Below are positions 36,130 through 46,210 of a stretch of 64,000 nucleotides of DNA, piece after piece. The DNA is taken from assembly GCA_965243545.1 (NCBI GenBank), contig OZ251573.1, forward strand, positions 1,970,681-2,034,680, read 5' to 3'. Source of the DNA: Spirochaetia bacterium. GTDB lineage: Bacteria; Spirochaetota; Spirochaetia; SZUA-6; Bin103. The position numbers were made by a program, and so were the translations under genes. The notes below the pieces were generated by a model. It had not been told where the DNA came from. It made no database searches and worked only from the letters and a program-made list of their open reading frames with translations. Positions within the stretch are counted from its first letter, which is position 1, and every line of letters begins with the position of its first letter.

Positions 36130-37065
36130 GTGAGCAAGCCCGCCACCAGCGTCCAACCCGCCACCAACGGCAAGCCCGCCGCCCGTCAGCCCTCCGCCGC
36201 CGGCCGGCCCGTCACCGGCGCCACCGTCCCGGAGATCACCGGGGCGCTCGGCCGGCACGGCTACTGCGTCGTCCCCGGCGTGATACCGCCCGACACGGTC
36301 GGCGCCGTCCGCGGCGAGGTGATCGCCGCGCAACGCGCCAATCACGAACAGGCCGCCGCCGAGCTGGCCAAGACCCGGTCGCGCGGCCACCGCGTCGGCT
36401 CCCCGGGCGTCGACAACATGCGGCAGGTGATCAACGCCACCCAGTGCTTCGCGCCGTATCTTGCCGACCAGCGCATCCTGGGCGTCGCCACCGAGCTGTT
36501 CGGGGAGTTCGTGCGCATCTCCTGCACCGACTGCGTCATCACCAACCCCGGCAGCGAGCGCGGCTACTGGCATTCCGACTGGCCCTACAACGCCACCAAC
36601 TCCACGCACGTCAAGGCGCCCTACCCCGACGCGCTGATGCACCTGTCCGGCATCTGGATGCTGACCGACTTCACCACCGAAAACGGCGGCACCTTCATCG
36701 TCCCCGGCAGCCATCGGCTGACCGACAATCCGGCCGGCGCCACGCTCGCCGGCTTCGACCGCGACGGCCCGCACCCGGACCAGCTGCAGGTGACCGGCGC
36801 CGCCGGCAGCGTGCTGCTCTACGACAGCCGCCTGTGGCACGCGGTGGCGGCCAACGTCAGCGGCCAGGTGCGCGTGGCGCTGATCATCCGCTACGCGCCG
36901 TGGTGGCTCAACCTGACCCCGTCGATCCGCGGCACCCCCGATCACGAACGGATGGTGGCGGCGACCGGCGGCAAGAACTACGACGCGGCGCCGGTGCGGC
37001 GCGCGGTGTTCGAGCGGCTGCCGGCCGACGTGCAGCCGCTCTACCAGCACTTCGTCACCGAATAG
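36130..37065 (+). CDS. phytanoyl-CoA dioxygenase (PhyH) family protein
   Basis: HSDWPY...H (PGSHR) motifs, ~310 aa; GTG start inferred. Confidence 0.65.
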   Translation: MSKPATSVQPATNGKPAARQPSAAGRPVTGATVPEITGALGRHGYCVVPGVIPPDTVGAVRGEVIAAQRANHEQAAAELAKTRSRGHRVGSPGVDNMRQVINATQCFAPYLADQRILGVATELFGEFVRISCTDCVITNPGSERGYWHSDWPYNATNSTHVKAPYPDALMHLSGIWMLTDFTTENGGTFIVPGSHRLTDNPAGATLAGFDRDGPHPDQLQVTGAAGSVLLYDSRLWHAVAANVSGQVRVALIIRYAPWWLNLTPSIRGTPDHERMVAATGGKNYDAAPVRRAVFERLPADVQPLYQHFVTE

Positions 37066-37091
37066 CCCTGCCCGCCCGCCCCGGCCCGCAC

Positions 37092-38246
37092 TCACGCCGG
37101 CAGGCCGCGCGCCGGATGCAGCCGGCGCAGAAAGCGGTCGCACGGCAGGCACCGGACGCCGTCGATGAGCAGCTCCTCCTCGCCCAGATAGAGCAGCAGA
37201 CGCTGCGCTTCCGGGTAGTCGGCGTGGAAGGAGCGGAGCCCGCGCAGGTCGGCGCCCCGCACGGCGCCGCCGTGCTTGACCTCTATGGCGGTGAACTGCG
37301 CCGGCCCGTAGATGACGAAGTCGACCTCCGAGCCGGCGCGGGTCCGCCAGTAGAACAGGCGGTCGGCGCCGCCGCGGTAGGCGATCCACGCCCGCAGGTG
37401 CTGCGCCACCAGCCCCTCCAGCGCCGCTCCGGCTATCTCTTCGCGCCGGTCGAGCGGTCCCGCCGGACGGAGCGAGCGGAACACCCCACAGTCGAACAGG
37501 TAGAGTTTGTCGTGCGCCACCGTGGCGCGCGCGGCGCGCTTGCGGAAGACCGGCACCCGGAAGCTGAGCAGCAGGTCCTCCAAGACGCCCAGGTACCCCT
37601 CCACCGCCTTGCGGCCCACGGCGCTGTCGCGCGCGATGTTGCTGGCGTTCAGAACCTGCGCGTGGCTGAACGTGACCGTCTCCAGGAATCGGGAGAACCG
37701 GTCCAAGTCGCGCACCAGCCCTTCCATCTGCACCTCTTCGCGCACGTATACCGCGGCGTAACTCCGCAGTGTGTCGGTGGGGTCCGCGGCGCCGAGCACC
37801 AGCGGCAGCATGCCGCGTTCAAGCGCCGACGGCAGATCGAACGAATCGCCCAGCTCCGCGGCCATGAAGGGATGCATGGATCGGACCAGCGCGCGACCGG
37901 CCATGAGATCGACGCCGCCCCGCCGCAGCTTGCGCGCGCCGGAGCCGGTCAGCACGAACCGCCAGCCGCGATGCTCTTCGATCAGCGCGTGCACGGCGGT
38001 CAGCAGCGCGGGCGCGCGTTGCACCTCGTCGATGACGATCACTTGGCCGTCCGGCTGCGCGCGCACCACGTCGAACAGGCGTTCGGGGCGGGCCCGATAG
38101 CCCTGGGCTGTGCCCGGATGAAGCAGGTCGATGCGCACGCCGTCCCGGTAGCGGCGCTGCGTCCAGGCCGACTTGCCGGTCCCGCGCGGCCCGAACAGGT
38201 AGTAACTCTGGCCGGGAGGATCGAAAAATCGCCCTACGAACGCCAT
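37092..38246 (-). CDS. AAA+ ATPase of the AAA_14/DUF4143 family
   Basis: start MAFVGRFFDPPGQSYYLFGPRGTGKSAW (Walker A), Walker B VIVIDEVQ, C-terminal DUF4143-like region; upstream 225 aa of track ORF is Arg-rich junk. Confidence 0.7.
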   Translation of the reverse strand: MAFVGRFFDPPGQSYYLFGPRGTGKSAWTQRRYRDGVRIDLLHPGTAQGYRARPERLFDVVRAQPDGQVIVIDEVQRAPALLTAVHALIEEHRGWRFVLTGSGARKLRRGGVDLMAGRALVRSMHPFMAAELGDSFDLPSALERGMLPLVLGAADPTDTLRSYAAVYVREEVQMEGLVRDLDRFSRFLETVTFSHAQVLNASNIARDSAVGRKAVEGYLGVLEDLLLSFRVPVFRKRAARATVAHDKLYLFDCGVFRSLRPAGPLDRREEIAGAALEGLVAQHLRAWIAYRGGADRLFYWRTRAGSEVDFVIYGPAQFTAIEVKHGGAVRGADLRGLRSFHADYPEAQRLLLYLGEEELLIDGVRCLPCDRFLRRLHPARGLPA

Positions 38247-38350
38247 TTTGAGACGCAATGTGGCGATAGCGCCTCCAAAATGCAACCTCGGCGGCTGCCG
38301 GCCCGCCGCGCGCATCGGCGTTCCCCGCGCGGCATGGCGCACTCCCCGGG

Positions 38351-39712
38351 TCAGCCGACCGCAGGCAACTCCGCCAGCGCCGCTTCGATGCGCTGCTGCG
38401 GATACTCGTAGTTGATCAGATGGCCGTCGAGGAACGAGCGGTACGCCTGCATGTCGAAGTGTCCGTGCCCGCACAGGTTGAAGGCGATCACCCGCGACTC
38501 GCCGGCCTCCTTGCAGCGTAGCGCCTCGTCGACGGCGACGCGAATGGCGTGCGCCGGCTCCGGCGCCGGCACGATCCCTTCGGTGCGCGCGAACAACCGC
38601 GCGGCCTCGAATACCGGCACCTGCGGCACGGCGCACGCTTCGATCAGGCCCAGGTCGTGCAGGTGGCAGACCAGCGGCGCCATGCCGTGGTAGCGCAGGC
38701 CGCCGGCGTGGATGGGGGCCGGCACGAAAGAGTGGCCCAGCGTGTACATCTTGATCAGCGGCGTGGTGGCCGCCGCGTCGCCGAAGTCGTAGCGGTACTG
38801 CCCGCCGGTCAGGCTGGGCGCGGCCTGCGGCTCCACCGCCACGAAGCGGGTGGCGCGCGCGCCGCTCAGCTTGTCGGGCACGAACGGAAAGATGAACCCG
38901 CCGAACGATGAGCCACCGCCGGTGCACCCGATCATGACGTCCGGATAGACGCCGGCGCGCTTGAACTGCGCCTGCGCCTCCAGGCCGATCACGGTCTGGT
39001 GCATCAGCACGTGGTTGAGCACCGACCCCAGGCAGTACTTCTTGCGGCCGCCGCTGGAGGCCGCCGCTTCCACCGCTTCCGAGATGGCTATGCCGAGCGA
39101 TCCCGGAGAATCGGGCTGGCGGTCCAGCACCTGCCGCCCCGCGTTGGTGACGGTCGACGGACTGGCGGTGACGCCGGCGCCGTACGCCTCCATCATCGAG
39201 CGCCGGTACGGTTTACCGTCGTAGGAGACGCGGACCATGTACACCTCGCAGTCGACGCCAAGGAACGCACCGGCCATCGCCAGGGCGCTGCCCCACTGTC
39301 CTGCGCCGGTCTCGGTGGTGAGCTGCGTCACCCCTTCCTCGCGGTTGTAGAACGCCTGCGCCACCGCGGTGTTGGGCTTGTGGGAGCCGACCGGCGAAGT
39401 GCCTTCGTACTTGTAGTAGAGGCGCGCGGGCGTATCGAGCTCCTGCTCCAGACGGCGCGCGCGGAACAGCGGCGTCGGACGCCACAGGCGGTATATCTCG
39501 CGGATCGGCTCCGGGATCGGGACGTCGCGCTCCTGGCTCACCTCCTGCTCAATCAGGCCCATGGCGAACAGCGGCGCCAAGTCATCGGGACCGATCGGGT
39601 CCATCCGCCCCGGATGGATCACCGGCGGCAGCGGCTCCGGCAGGTCGGCCTGGATGTTGTACCAGCAAGCCGGAATCTCGGACTGCGGCAGATCGAAGCG
39701 AATCGTCTCCAT
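38351..39712 (-). CDS. trpB: TrpB-like PLP-dependent enzyme (tryptophan synthase beta chain 2, TrpB2)
   Basis: [35 protein letters not shown]-terminus characteristic of TrpB2; PLP lysine region GSHKPN; 453 aa. Confidence 0.85.
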   Translation of the reverse strand: METIRFDLPQSEIPACWYNIQADLPEPLPPVIHPGRMDPIGPDDLAPLFAMGLIEQEVSQERDVPIPEPIREIYRLWRPTPLFRARRLEQELDTPARLYYKYEGTSPVGSHKPNTAVAQAFYNREEGVTQLTTETGAGQWGSALAMAGAFLGVDCEVYMVRVSYDGKPYRRSMMEAYGAGVTASPSTVTNAGRQVLDRQPDSPGSLGIAISEAVEAAASSGGRKKYCLGSVLNHVLMHQTVIGLEAQAQFKRAGVYPDVMIGCTGGGSSFGGFIFPFVPDKLSGARATRFVAVEPQAAPSLTGGQYRYDFGDAAATTPLIKMYTLGHSFVPAPIHAGGLRYHGMAPLVCHLHDLGLIEACAVPQVPVFEAARLFARTEGIVPAPEPAHAIRVAVDEALRCKEAGESRVIAFNLCGHGHFDMQAYRSFLDGHLINYEYPQQRIEAALAELPAVG

Positions 39713-39976
39713 CGGGTTACTCCTCGGTCAGCGGGCCGCTACGGCTGGCGCGGACGCTCGCTCAAGTATTGGCGGCCATGTCGCGCCCGGTCAACACGGG
39801 CGCGCTCCATTGGCCAAGTCGTCCGCTGGCCGCCTGGGACTTCGGCGCCGAAGGTGTGCCGCCTGTCACCGCCACCGCCATACGGACCGGATATTGGATG
39901 ATGCAACGACGCAACGGTCAGGCCGTTGGAGCCCCGGTGATGCCCGCCGACGCTTCCGGTAGTATTCCGTGCACTG

Positions 39977-40748
39977 ATGATCCGAGCGGTCCGGGTTCGC
40001 GGCTTCAAAAGATTCCGGGATGTCGAGTTTGCTCTGCCCGGACACGTCGTGTTTGCCGGCCCCAACGACACCGGCAAAACCACGCTGCTGCAGGCGATCG
40101 CCGCCTGGGCGCTCGCCTTGCGGCGCTGGCGCGAGATAGACGCCCCGAGCCGCGGCAACGGATACCGGCGGGCCCCGATCGCGCGGCAGGCGTTCGTGGC
40201 GGCGCCATTGCGCAGCTTCGACCTGTTGTGGACCGACCGCCGCTATCGCGGCCGGATCGAGATCGAGCTGCGCCACGACGCCGGGTGGGCGGTGGCGATG
40301 GAACTGATCGCCGACAGCACCGAGCAGATCTACGTGCGTCCCGCGCCGGACACGCCTCCGAGCGCGCTGCAAGACGCCGACGTGCAGGCGGTATTCGTAC
40401 CGCCGATGAATCCACCCGGACGCGCTGGCCCGCTTCGTGACCGCGCGGGTCGGCGCCGCGGCAGCGCGGCATCATGTCGACGGCTTGCTCGCCTACTGGC
40501 ATGACCACTTCCCGCCGGCGGTAACGCGAGAGCCGCTCGGCGTCCACGAGTACCTCAACGTCTCCAAGGCGCGCACGGAGCTGCTGCCGCCCCTCCTGGA
40601 AGCGGCCGGCATTCACCGGCTGCCGTACACCCGCTACCATGAAATTGCGGCGTTGATGCGGCCGGACGAAATCCATCCGGAAGTCGTGGACAAACTCGAT
40701 ACGATCTGTCGGGCCGTCGGGGTCGAGCCACGACCACAGGCCTCGTGA
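39977..40748 (+). pseudogene. remnant of ABC-type/OLD-like AAA ATPase (Walker A present, signature/Walker B lost; frameshifted tail)
   Basis: N-terminus MIRAVRVRGFKRFRDVEFALPGHVVFAGPNDTGKTTLLQAIA (SMC/RecF/AAA_15-21-type); only ~150 aa before the frame decays into Arg-rich tail; a second frame (40437..40748) continues with protein-like sequence. Confidence 0.45.
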
Positions 40749-40914
40749 ACGCCACCTCGTGCTACGGCCCGGAAGCTCCGGGCGTTCGAGATGCGACGAG
40801 AGATAAGGTGAGATGGTCCTGGTAGGGTATTGATAACCACGTTCCGCGCGCCGGGAGGCGATCGACCGGATGAGGCGATTCGGCAGATTGACCGAGGGCG
40901 CGGAATCTGGTTGC

Positions 40915-41607
40915 ATGGGCGGCATGGAACCGGAGATTCGACATGCGCCCAGCTTTGCGGTGGCGCGGTGCCGCATGGGCGGGGGCGAGCAGCTCAAGGT
41001 GGAAGCGGGGGCGATGATGGCCCACTCGTCGGGCATGGAGCTCGAAGCCCGCATGGAGGGCGGCCTGCTCAAGGGGCTCAAGCGCAGCGTCCTGGGCGGC
41101 GAGTCGCTGTTCGTATCGACCTACACGGCGCCGGCCGCCGGCGGCTGGGTCGACGTCGCCGCCAAGCTGCCGGGTGACATCAAGACATTGGAGCTCGACG
41201 GATCGGCCTCGTGGCTCATCGAGCGCGGCAACTGGCTCGCCTCCGACGCCTCGGTGGAGATCGAAACCAAGTGGGGCGGGTCGAAGATGCTGTTCGGCGG
41301 CGAGGGCGGATTCATGCTCCACGCATCCGGCGCCGGCCGGGCGCTGGTGGCGTCCTACGGAGCGGTCGAGGTGATCTCGTTGGCCGCGGCTGAGACGGTG
41401 GTCGTCGACACCAACCACATCCTCGCCTTCGTCGACACCGTCACCTTCGATCTGCGGCGGGCCGTGCAGGGCCGCTCCTTCCAGTCGCTCAAGTCGGGTG
41501 AGGGCTTCGTGTTCGACTTCACCGGCCCCGGCGACGTCATGGTGCAGACGCGCAACCAGCAGCAGCTCGCTTCCTGGCTCAAGTCCCAGGTCGGCTCCCG
41601 CGAGTAG
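40915..41607 (+). CDS. AIM24/TIGR00266 (DUF124) family protein
   Basis: MEPEIRHAPSFAVARCRMGGGEQLKVEAGAMM...GGEGGFMLHASGAGRALVASYGAV typical of TIGR00266. Confidence 0.7.
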   Translation: MGGMEPEIRHAPSFAVARCRMGGGEQLKVEAGAMMAHSSGMELEARMEGGLLKGLKRSVLGGESLFVSTYTAPAAGGWVDVAAKLPGDIKTLELDGSASWLIERGNWLASDASVEIETKWGGSKMLFGGEGGFMLHASGAGRALVASYGAVEVISLAAAETVVVDTNHILAFVDTVTFDLRRAVQGRSFQSLKSGEGFVFDFTGPGDVMVQTRNQQQLASWLKSQVGSRE

Positions 41608-41624
41608 GCTCAGAGCAGGCGGCG

Positions 41625-42512
41625 TCAGACCCCGGCGCGCTCCAAGTCCGCTACCGTCCCGGCCGCCATCGGCCCCAGCGCCGAGGCCGCCGCCACGTCT
41701 TCGAGCTGCGCGGCGTCAGCCGCGCCGCTCGACACGGTGCTCACCGCCGTGTCCGCCAAGATGTAGCGGAACGCGTTGCGGGCCAGCGTGCCCGGCTCCC
41801 GGCGCAACCGCTCGATCACGGCCGTGGCGGCGCTCCGTTCACGGTCCGGCAACGCCGCCAGCGCCTTGTTGCGCGCCGCTTCGTGGCCGAACAGCCCGCC
41901 CAACGGCGTCCCGACCACGACCCCCATCCCCTGCTCCGCGGCCGCAGGCAGGACCACCTCCCGCGCCTGCTGCGCGCACGGATGATAGTCGTGGTAGACC
42001 AGCACCGTGTCGAACTCGCCGGTCGCCGCCAGCCGGGCCAGCAGCGGAATCGCCCGCGCGGTTACGCCGATCGCCCGGCACAGCCCGGCGTCGCGGGCCG
42101 CGCGCAGGCCGTCGAGCGCCCCGCCCGGCTCCATGATCCGCTCCCATCCAACCAGGTTCACCTCGTGTATCTGCGCGACCGCCAACCGGTCGACGCGCAG
42201 CTTGCGCAGGCTCGCTTCCAGGCTGGCCACCACGCTGTCGCGCCGGAAGTCGAAGTCCCGGGGTACGAACCCGACCTTGGTCGCCACCAGAAACGGCCGG
42301 CCGGCCCGCTCCAACGCCGGGCCCAACAGCTCCTCACTGCGCCCGTACCCCGGCGCCGTGTCGATGTAGTTGATGCCGAGCTCGGCCGCGCGCCGCACGA
42401 CCGCCGCGGCGTTTTCCGCGCCGCGCTCGGGATCCGGCCCCATAAGGTAGGCGCCGCCCAGGCTCACCTCGCTCACCGACATGCCGGTGCGGCCCAGCGT
42501 GCGGTATCTCAT
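41625..42512 (-). CDS. aldo/keto reductase
   Basis: MRYRTLGRTGMSVSEVSLGG...GINYIDTAPGYG N-terminal AKR signature. Confidence 0.8.
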   Translation of the reverse strand: MRYRTLGRTGMSVSEVSLGGAYLMGPDPERGAENAAAVVRRAAELGINYIDTAPGYGRSEELLGPALERAGRPFLVATKVGFVPRDFDFRRDSVVASLEASLRKLRVDRLAVAQIHEVNLVGWERIMEPGGALDGLRAARDAGLCRAIGVTARAIPLLARLAATGEFDTVLVYHDYHPCAQQAREVVLPAAAEQGMGVVVGTPLGGLFGHEAARNKALAALPDRERSAATAVIERLRREPGTLARNAFRYILADTAVSTVSSGAADAAQLEDVAAASALGPMAAGTVADLERAGV

Positions 42513-42526
42513 GCGCGCGCCGTCCT

Positions 42527-43537
42527 TCAGTCCACGCCGAACAGGCGGGCGGCGTTGTTCCAGAAGATGTCCTCCACGGCGCGGTCGCCGAGCCGCTCCG
42601 ACCAGCACGCCCACTTGATCGAGCGGAGATGCTCCAGACCGATCAGCACCGGCCGGATTTCGGTGTGTTTCTCTCCCCAGACGGGCGTGTCTTCATAGAG
42701 CCACAGAAACGCGTCGGCGGCGCCGGCATGACGGCCGCGCCCGTGGCTGACCGGCAGGTCGGTGCCGTACAGCAGCTTGTCGTGGCCGATGATGCGGATA
42801 ATCGCCTGGTGGGCGATCGGTTCGCAGTTGGCGCTGGTGTCGAAGTAGAGATTGCCGAGGCCGGTCAGATGCGGCAGCCCCTCCAGGTTGTGCGCCGGCT
42901 GAAAGCCGCGCGCGGAGTGCGCCAGGATCAGGTTCATGTCCGGGTACCGCTGGCAGTAGCGGCGTATGCATTCGATGTTGGAGGGATCGGCCGCCGCCCG
43001 CGAGCGGACCATGTGCAGGGTGATCGCCCACCCCTCCTGGTGCGCCACGCGTACCAACCGCTCCGGCAGGAAGTCCGGTATCTCCGCCTCCCAGGTCGGC
43101 GTCACCGGCGCCATGGTGTGATAGCACTTCAGGCCGTGCAGGCCGAGGCGGCGCACCTCCTGCCGCACCCAATCCGGGTCGTCTTCGGGGCGGATGAAGA
43201 AGAGTCCCCGGCACGACGCATCGGCGGCGACCGCGGCCGCCACCCATTCGTTCGGAGCGGTGAACGTCCCGTCCCCGGCCGGACTCACGGACGGGATGAA
43301 CAGCGCGGCCATGCGCCGCCCCGGATGCAGGTCGTCCATCAGCCGCCGGTACTCCGCCAGGCCCACGTCCGCCGGACACCCGGGCAGGTCCCAACCGGTG
43401 TCCCGCCGGCGCCACAGGTGGGTATGGGCGTCGAAGACGCGGTCCGGCAGGAACGGGGCGATCTCCCGTTCGTAGAAGGTCACGTCGTGCGGCAGGAGCC
43501 GGTCCGCGGCCGGCTGATCGGTCTGTGCGCTCGGCAT
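42527..43537 (-). CDS. amidohydrolase-2 family TIM-barrel metal-dependent hydrolase
   Basis: FDAHTHLW...HSARG...DTSAN motifs of Amidohydro_2; ATG at 43537. Confidence 0.65.
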   Translation of the reverse strand: MPSAQTDQPAADRLLPHDVTFYEREIAPFLPDRVFDAHTHLWRRRDTGWDLPGCPADVGLAEYRRLMDDLHPGRRMAALFIPSVSPAGDGTFTAPNEWVAAAVAADASCRGLFFIRPEDDPDWVRQEVRRLGLHGLKCYHTMAPVTPTWEAEIPDFLPERLVRVAHQEGWAITLHMVRSRAAADPSNIECIRRYCQRYPDMNLILAHSARGFQPAHNLEGLPHLTGLGNLYFDTSANCEPIAHQAIIRIIGHDKLLYGTDLPVSHGRGRHAGAADAFLWLYEDTPVWGEKHTEIRPVLIGLEHLRSIKWACWSERLGDRAVEDIFWNNAARLFGVD

Positions 43538-43550
43538 GTGTCTGTTCTCC

Positions 43551-44633
43551 TCAGGGCTGGAAACGGGGCTGCCGGGGCGCGCGGTCGCGTTGCAGGCGCA
43601 CCGTGCTGCCGGTGAGCGGCAGGTCGACGCGGGCCCCGCCCCGCAGGTGAGACTCGATCGCCGCATAGATCAGCTCGGTGCCGGCCCGCGCGACGCGCAC
43701 GCCGCCGAGCGGCGCTTGGCCGGTGTCGAGCGCGCGCACCAAGTCCTCCACCAGCCGCAGATTGGCGCTGATCGGCGGCCAGTCCGGGAACGGCGCGTCG
43801 ACGAACGGACCGTGCGCGTCGCCGGGGTCCTGCCGGCGGCGCATCGAGTAGACCTGGTCGCGCGTGGCGCGCACCGTGCCGTCCGCGCAACGCGCCTCAA
43901 ACTCCACCTCGTGCCCCTGCGGCGGGATCGCGTAGGCGACTACTCCGTTCTCGAACCCGATCGCCCCGTGGGCGGCCGGGTCCTCGGTGAGCCGGTCGCC
44001 CTGCAGCGTCCAATCGCCGTCGAGCAGCTGCATCCGCACCCACGACGCCCGGCGGTCGCCGTTGAGGAACAGCGCGTTGTCGAAGTAGTGGCTGGCGCCG
44101 TTGAACAGATTGGTCGCCTGGATGATGACCGACCGCAGCGCGCCCAACCGTCCGCCGTCGATCACGTCCTTCATGGCGTGGAAACCGGGATGCCAGCGCC
44201 GTTGCGTGCCCAGGTTGAAGACCACGCCGTGCCGCTCGCACGCATCGACGATCGCGTCCGCTTCCGCCATGGATGCGGCCATCGCCTTCTCCGCGTAGAT
44301 CGCCCTGGCCCCGTGTTCGGCGGCGTGCACGGCGATCTCCGCCCGGCCCTCCGGCTGGGTGGCGATGCTGACGATGTCCGGCCGCTCGGCCGCGATCATC
44401 TCCCGGTAGTCCGGGTACTGCTTGCCGGCAGGCACGCCGTACTGCCGGCCGGTCTCCGCCATCACCGCCGGGCGCAGGTCCGAGCACGCCACCAGCTCGG
44501 TCCGGTCACATGCGGCGTAGACCGCCGCGTGCGAGTACGGATGGGAAAGGCGCCGCATCTGGACGACTTCGTGGTCGATGAACGCGCCCATGCGGCTGCA
44601 GCCGATCAGGACGGCGCGGTACGTCTTCTGCAT
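43551..44633 (-). CDS. Gfo/Idh/MocA-family oxidoreductase
   Basis: YRAVLIGCSRMG Rossmann start, AEKA (EKP-equivalent) region. Confidence 0.7.
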   Translation of the reverse strand: MQKTYRAVLIGCSRMGAFIDHEVVQMRRLSHPYSHAAVYAACDRTELVACSDLRPAVMAETGRQYGVPAGKQYPDYREMIAAERPDIVSIATQPEGRAEIAVHAAEHGARAIYAEKAMAASMAEADAIVDACERHGVVFNLGTQRRWHPGFHAMKDVIDGGRLGALRSVIIQATNLFNGASHYFDNALFLNGDRRASWVRMQLLDGDWTLQGDRLTEDPAAHGAIGFENGVVAYAIPPQGHEVEFEARCADGTVRATRDQVYSMRRRQDPGDAHGPFVDAPFPDWPPISANLRLVEDLVRALDTGQAPLGGVRVARAGTELIYAAIESHLRGGARVDLPLTGSTVRLQRDRAPRQPRFQP

Positions 44634-44840
44634 GGTTCTGCAAGCGAGCATACCAGATCGGACCGCCTTGTACAACCTGTTTTACATAGTGCACAAGCAC
44701 GGCGGCGCCACGCTGGCGTAACGCGATCACTCCGGCTGATCGGGCGGCTTTCGGGCAGCGTCGATGTCGATCGTGGCGGCAGACGAGAGGATGGCCGTCG
44801 TTGCCGCGGCCGATGATCGGGTATAGTCTGGGTTCTTGTC

Positions 44841-46130
44841 ATGGTCACCCGTGTCCGAAACGGTCTTCTGGCGGCGGTCGCGACGATCGCCGCGGCTGCG
44901 CTTCCGGCCGAGGAGCTGCCGACGGCTTCTCCGGCGGAGGTCGGCATGTCGAGCGAGCGTCTGGCCGCGATCGATGCCGCGATGCGGCGGCACGTCGACG
45001 CGGGCACGATTCAGGGAGCGGTCACCGCGGTGGCCCGGCGCGGGAAGGTCGTGCACTTCAAGGCGTACGGCGTGATGGACGTCGAGCGCGGCCGGGCCAT
45101 GCGGAAGGACGCGATCTTCCGCATGGCGTCCTCGTCGAAGCCGGTGCTCGCCGCGGCGGCGATGATCCTGATCGAGGAGGGGCTGTTGCATCCGGCCGAC
45201 CACGTCGCGACTTGGCTCCCGGAGTTCGCGCACGCGCAGGTCGCCGTGCCCGACCGGTCCGCCGGCGGGGATGACGGCGCCGGCAAGACCAAGGACGCGG
45301 CGGCCGCGGCAAAGGACCTCACCAAAGACGCGGCGCCTGCGCACCGCCTGGTCCCGGCGGAGCGGCCGATCACCATCCACCATCTGCTCACGCACACCTC
45401 CGGGCTCGACGGCGGCGGCCTCGGCTCGGCGGTCTCCGCGCTGCCGGCCGCCGGTCCGCAGGACACGTTGGCGAGCCGCGCGCCGCTGTACGCCGGCATG
45501 GCGCTCGACTTTCAGCCGGGCGAGTGGTGGGCGTACAGTCCGCGGATAGCCTACGACGTGGTCGCCCGCGTCATCGAGATCGTCTCCGGGCTGCCCTACG
45601 ACCGGTTCGTGCGCGAGCGCATCTTCGAGCCGCTCGGCATGACCGACACGCACTTCCATCTGCCGCCGGAGAAGGAGTCCCGCCGGGTGGTGATTCACGG
45701 CATCGACGCCAAGGCGAAGAACTGGGACCGGGAGACCCGTTACGTCTCCGCCGCCGGCGGACTTTCCGGCACCGCCGCGGACTACCTGCGCTTCGAGCAG
45801 ATGTTGGCCAACGGCGGCGCGCTGTTCGGCAACCGCATCCTCAGCCCGCAGTCGGTCGCGGCCCTGTCCGGCAACCAGATCGGTGATCTGTTCCGGTGGA
45901 ACGGCAAACAGCCGGGCATGGGATTCGGCTATGGCGTAGCGGTCGTGCTGGACCCGTCGGCTGCCAAGAGCGCCCGCGGTCAAGGCGCCTTCGGCTGGGC
46001 GGGGGCGTTCGGCACCACGACCTGGACCGACCCCGCGCACGAGATCGCGGCGGTGCTGATGGTGCAACAGGCCGACCAACGCGTGGTCCGGGACTTCGAG
46101 CGCGCCATCCTGGCGGCTATCGTCGACTGA
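44841..46130 (+). CDS. secreted serine hydrolase (beta-lactamase-related / class C-like esterase)
   Basis: signal peptide; SxxK motif ASSSKPV; YxN-like and GWAG C-terminal elements. Confidence 0.75.
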   Translation: MVTRVRNGLLAAVATIAAAALPAEELPTASPAEVGMSSERLAAIDAAMRRHVDAGTIQGAVTAVARRGKVVHFKAYGVMDVERGRAMRKDAIFRMASSSKPVLAAAAMILIEEGLLHPADHVATWLPEFAHAQVAVPDRSAGGDDGAGKTKDAAAAAKDLTKDAAPAHRLVPAERPITIHHLLTHTSGLDGGGLGSAVSALPAAGPQDTLASRAPLYAGMALDFQPGEWWAYSPRIAYDVVARVIEIVSGLPYDRFVRERIFEPLGMTDTHFHLPPEKESRRVVIHGIDAKAKNWDRETRYVSAAGGLSGTAADYLRFEQMLANGGALFGNRILSPQSVAALSGNQIGDLFRWNGKQPGMGFGYGVAVVLDPSAAKSARGQGAFGWAGAFGTTTWTDPAHEIAAVLMVQQADQRVVRDFERAILAAIVD

Positions 46131-46147
46131 CCGGCAGCCGCGCGCGG

Positions 46148-46210
46148 CCTGACGGCGTGGAGACGTTCGAGCGGTCGACGCCCATCCCCCACCCGGCCGA
46201 CCGCGTGCTT
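46148..46210 (+). repeat. left copy of ~60-bp imperfect direct repeat (copy of the 5' end of the gene starting at 48812)
   Basis: cctgacggcgtggagacgttcgagcggtcgacgcccatcccccacccggccgaccgcgtg versus cctgacggcgtggagacgttcgagcggtcgacggccctcccccacccggcggaccgcgtg at 48803-48866. Confidence 0.8.
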
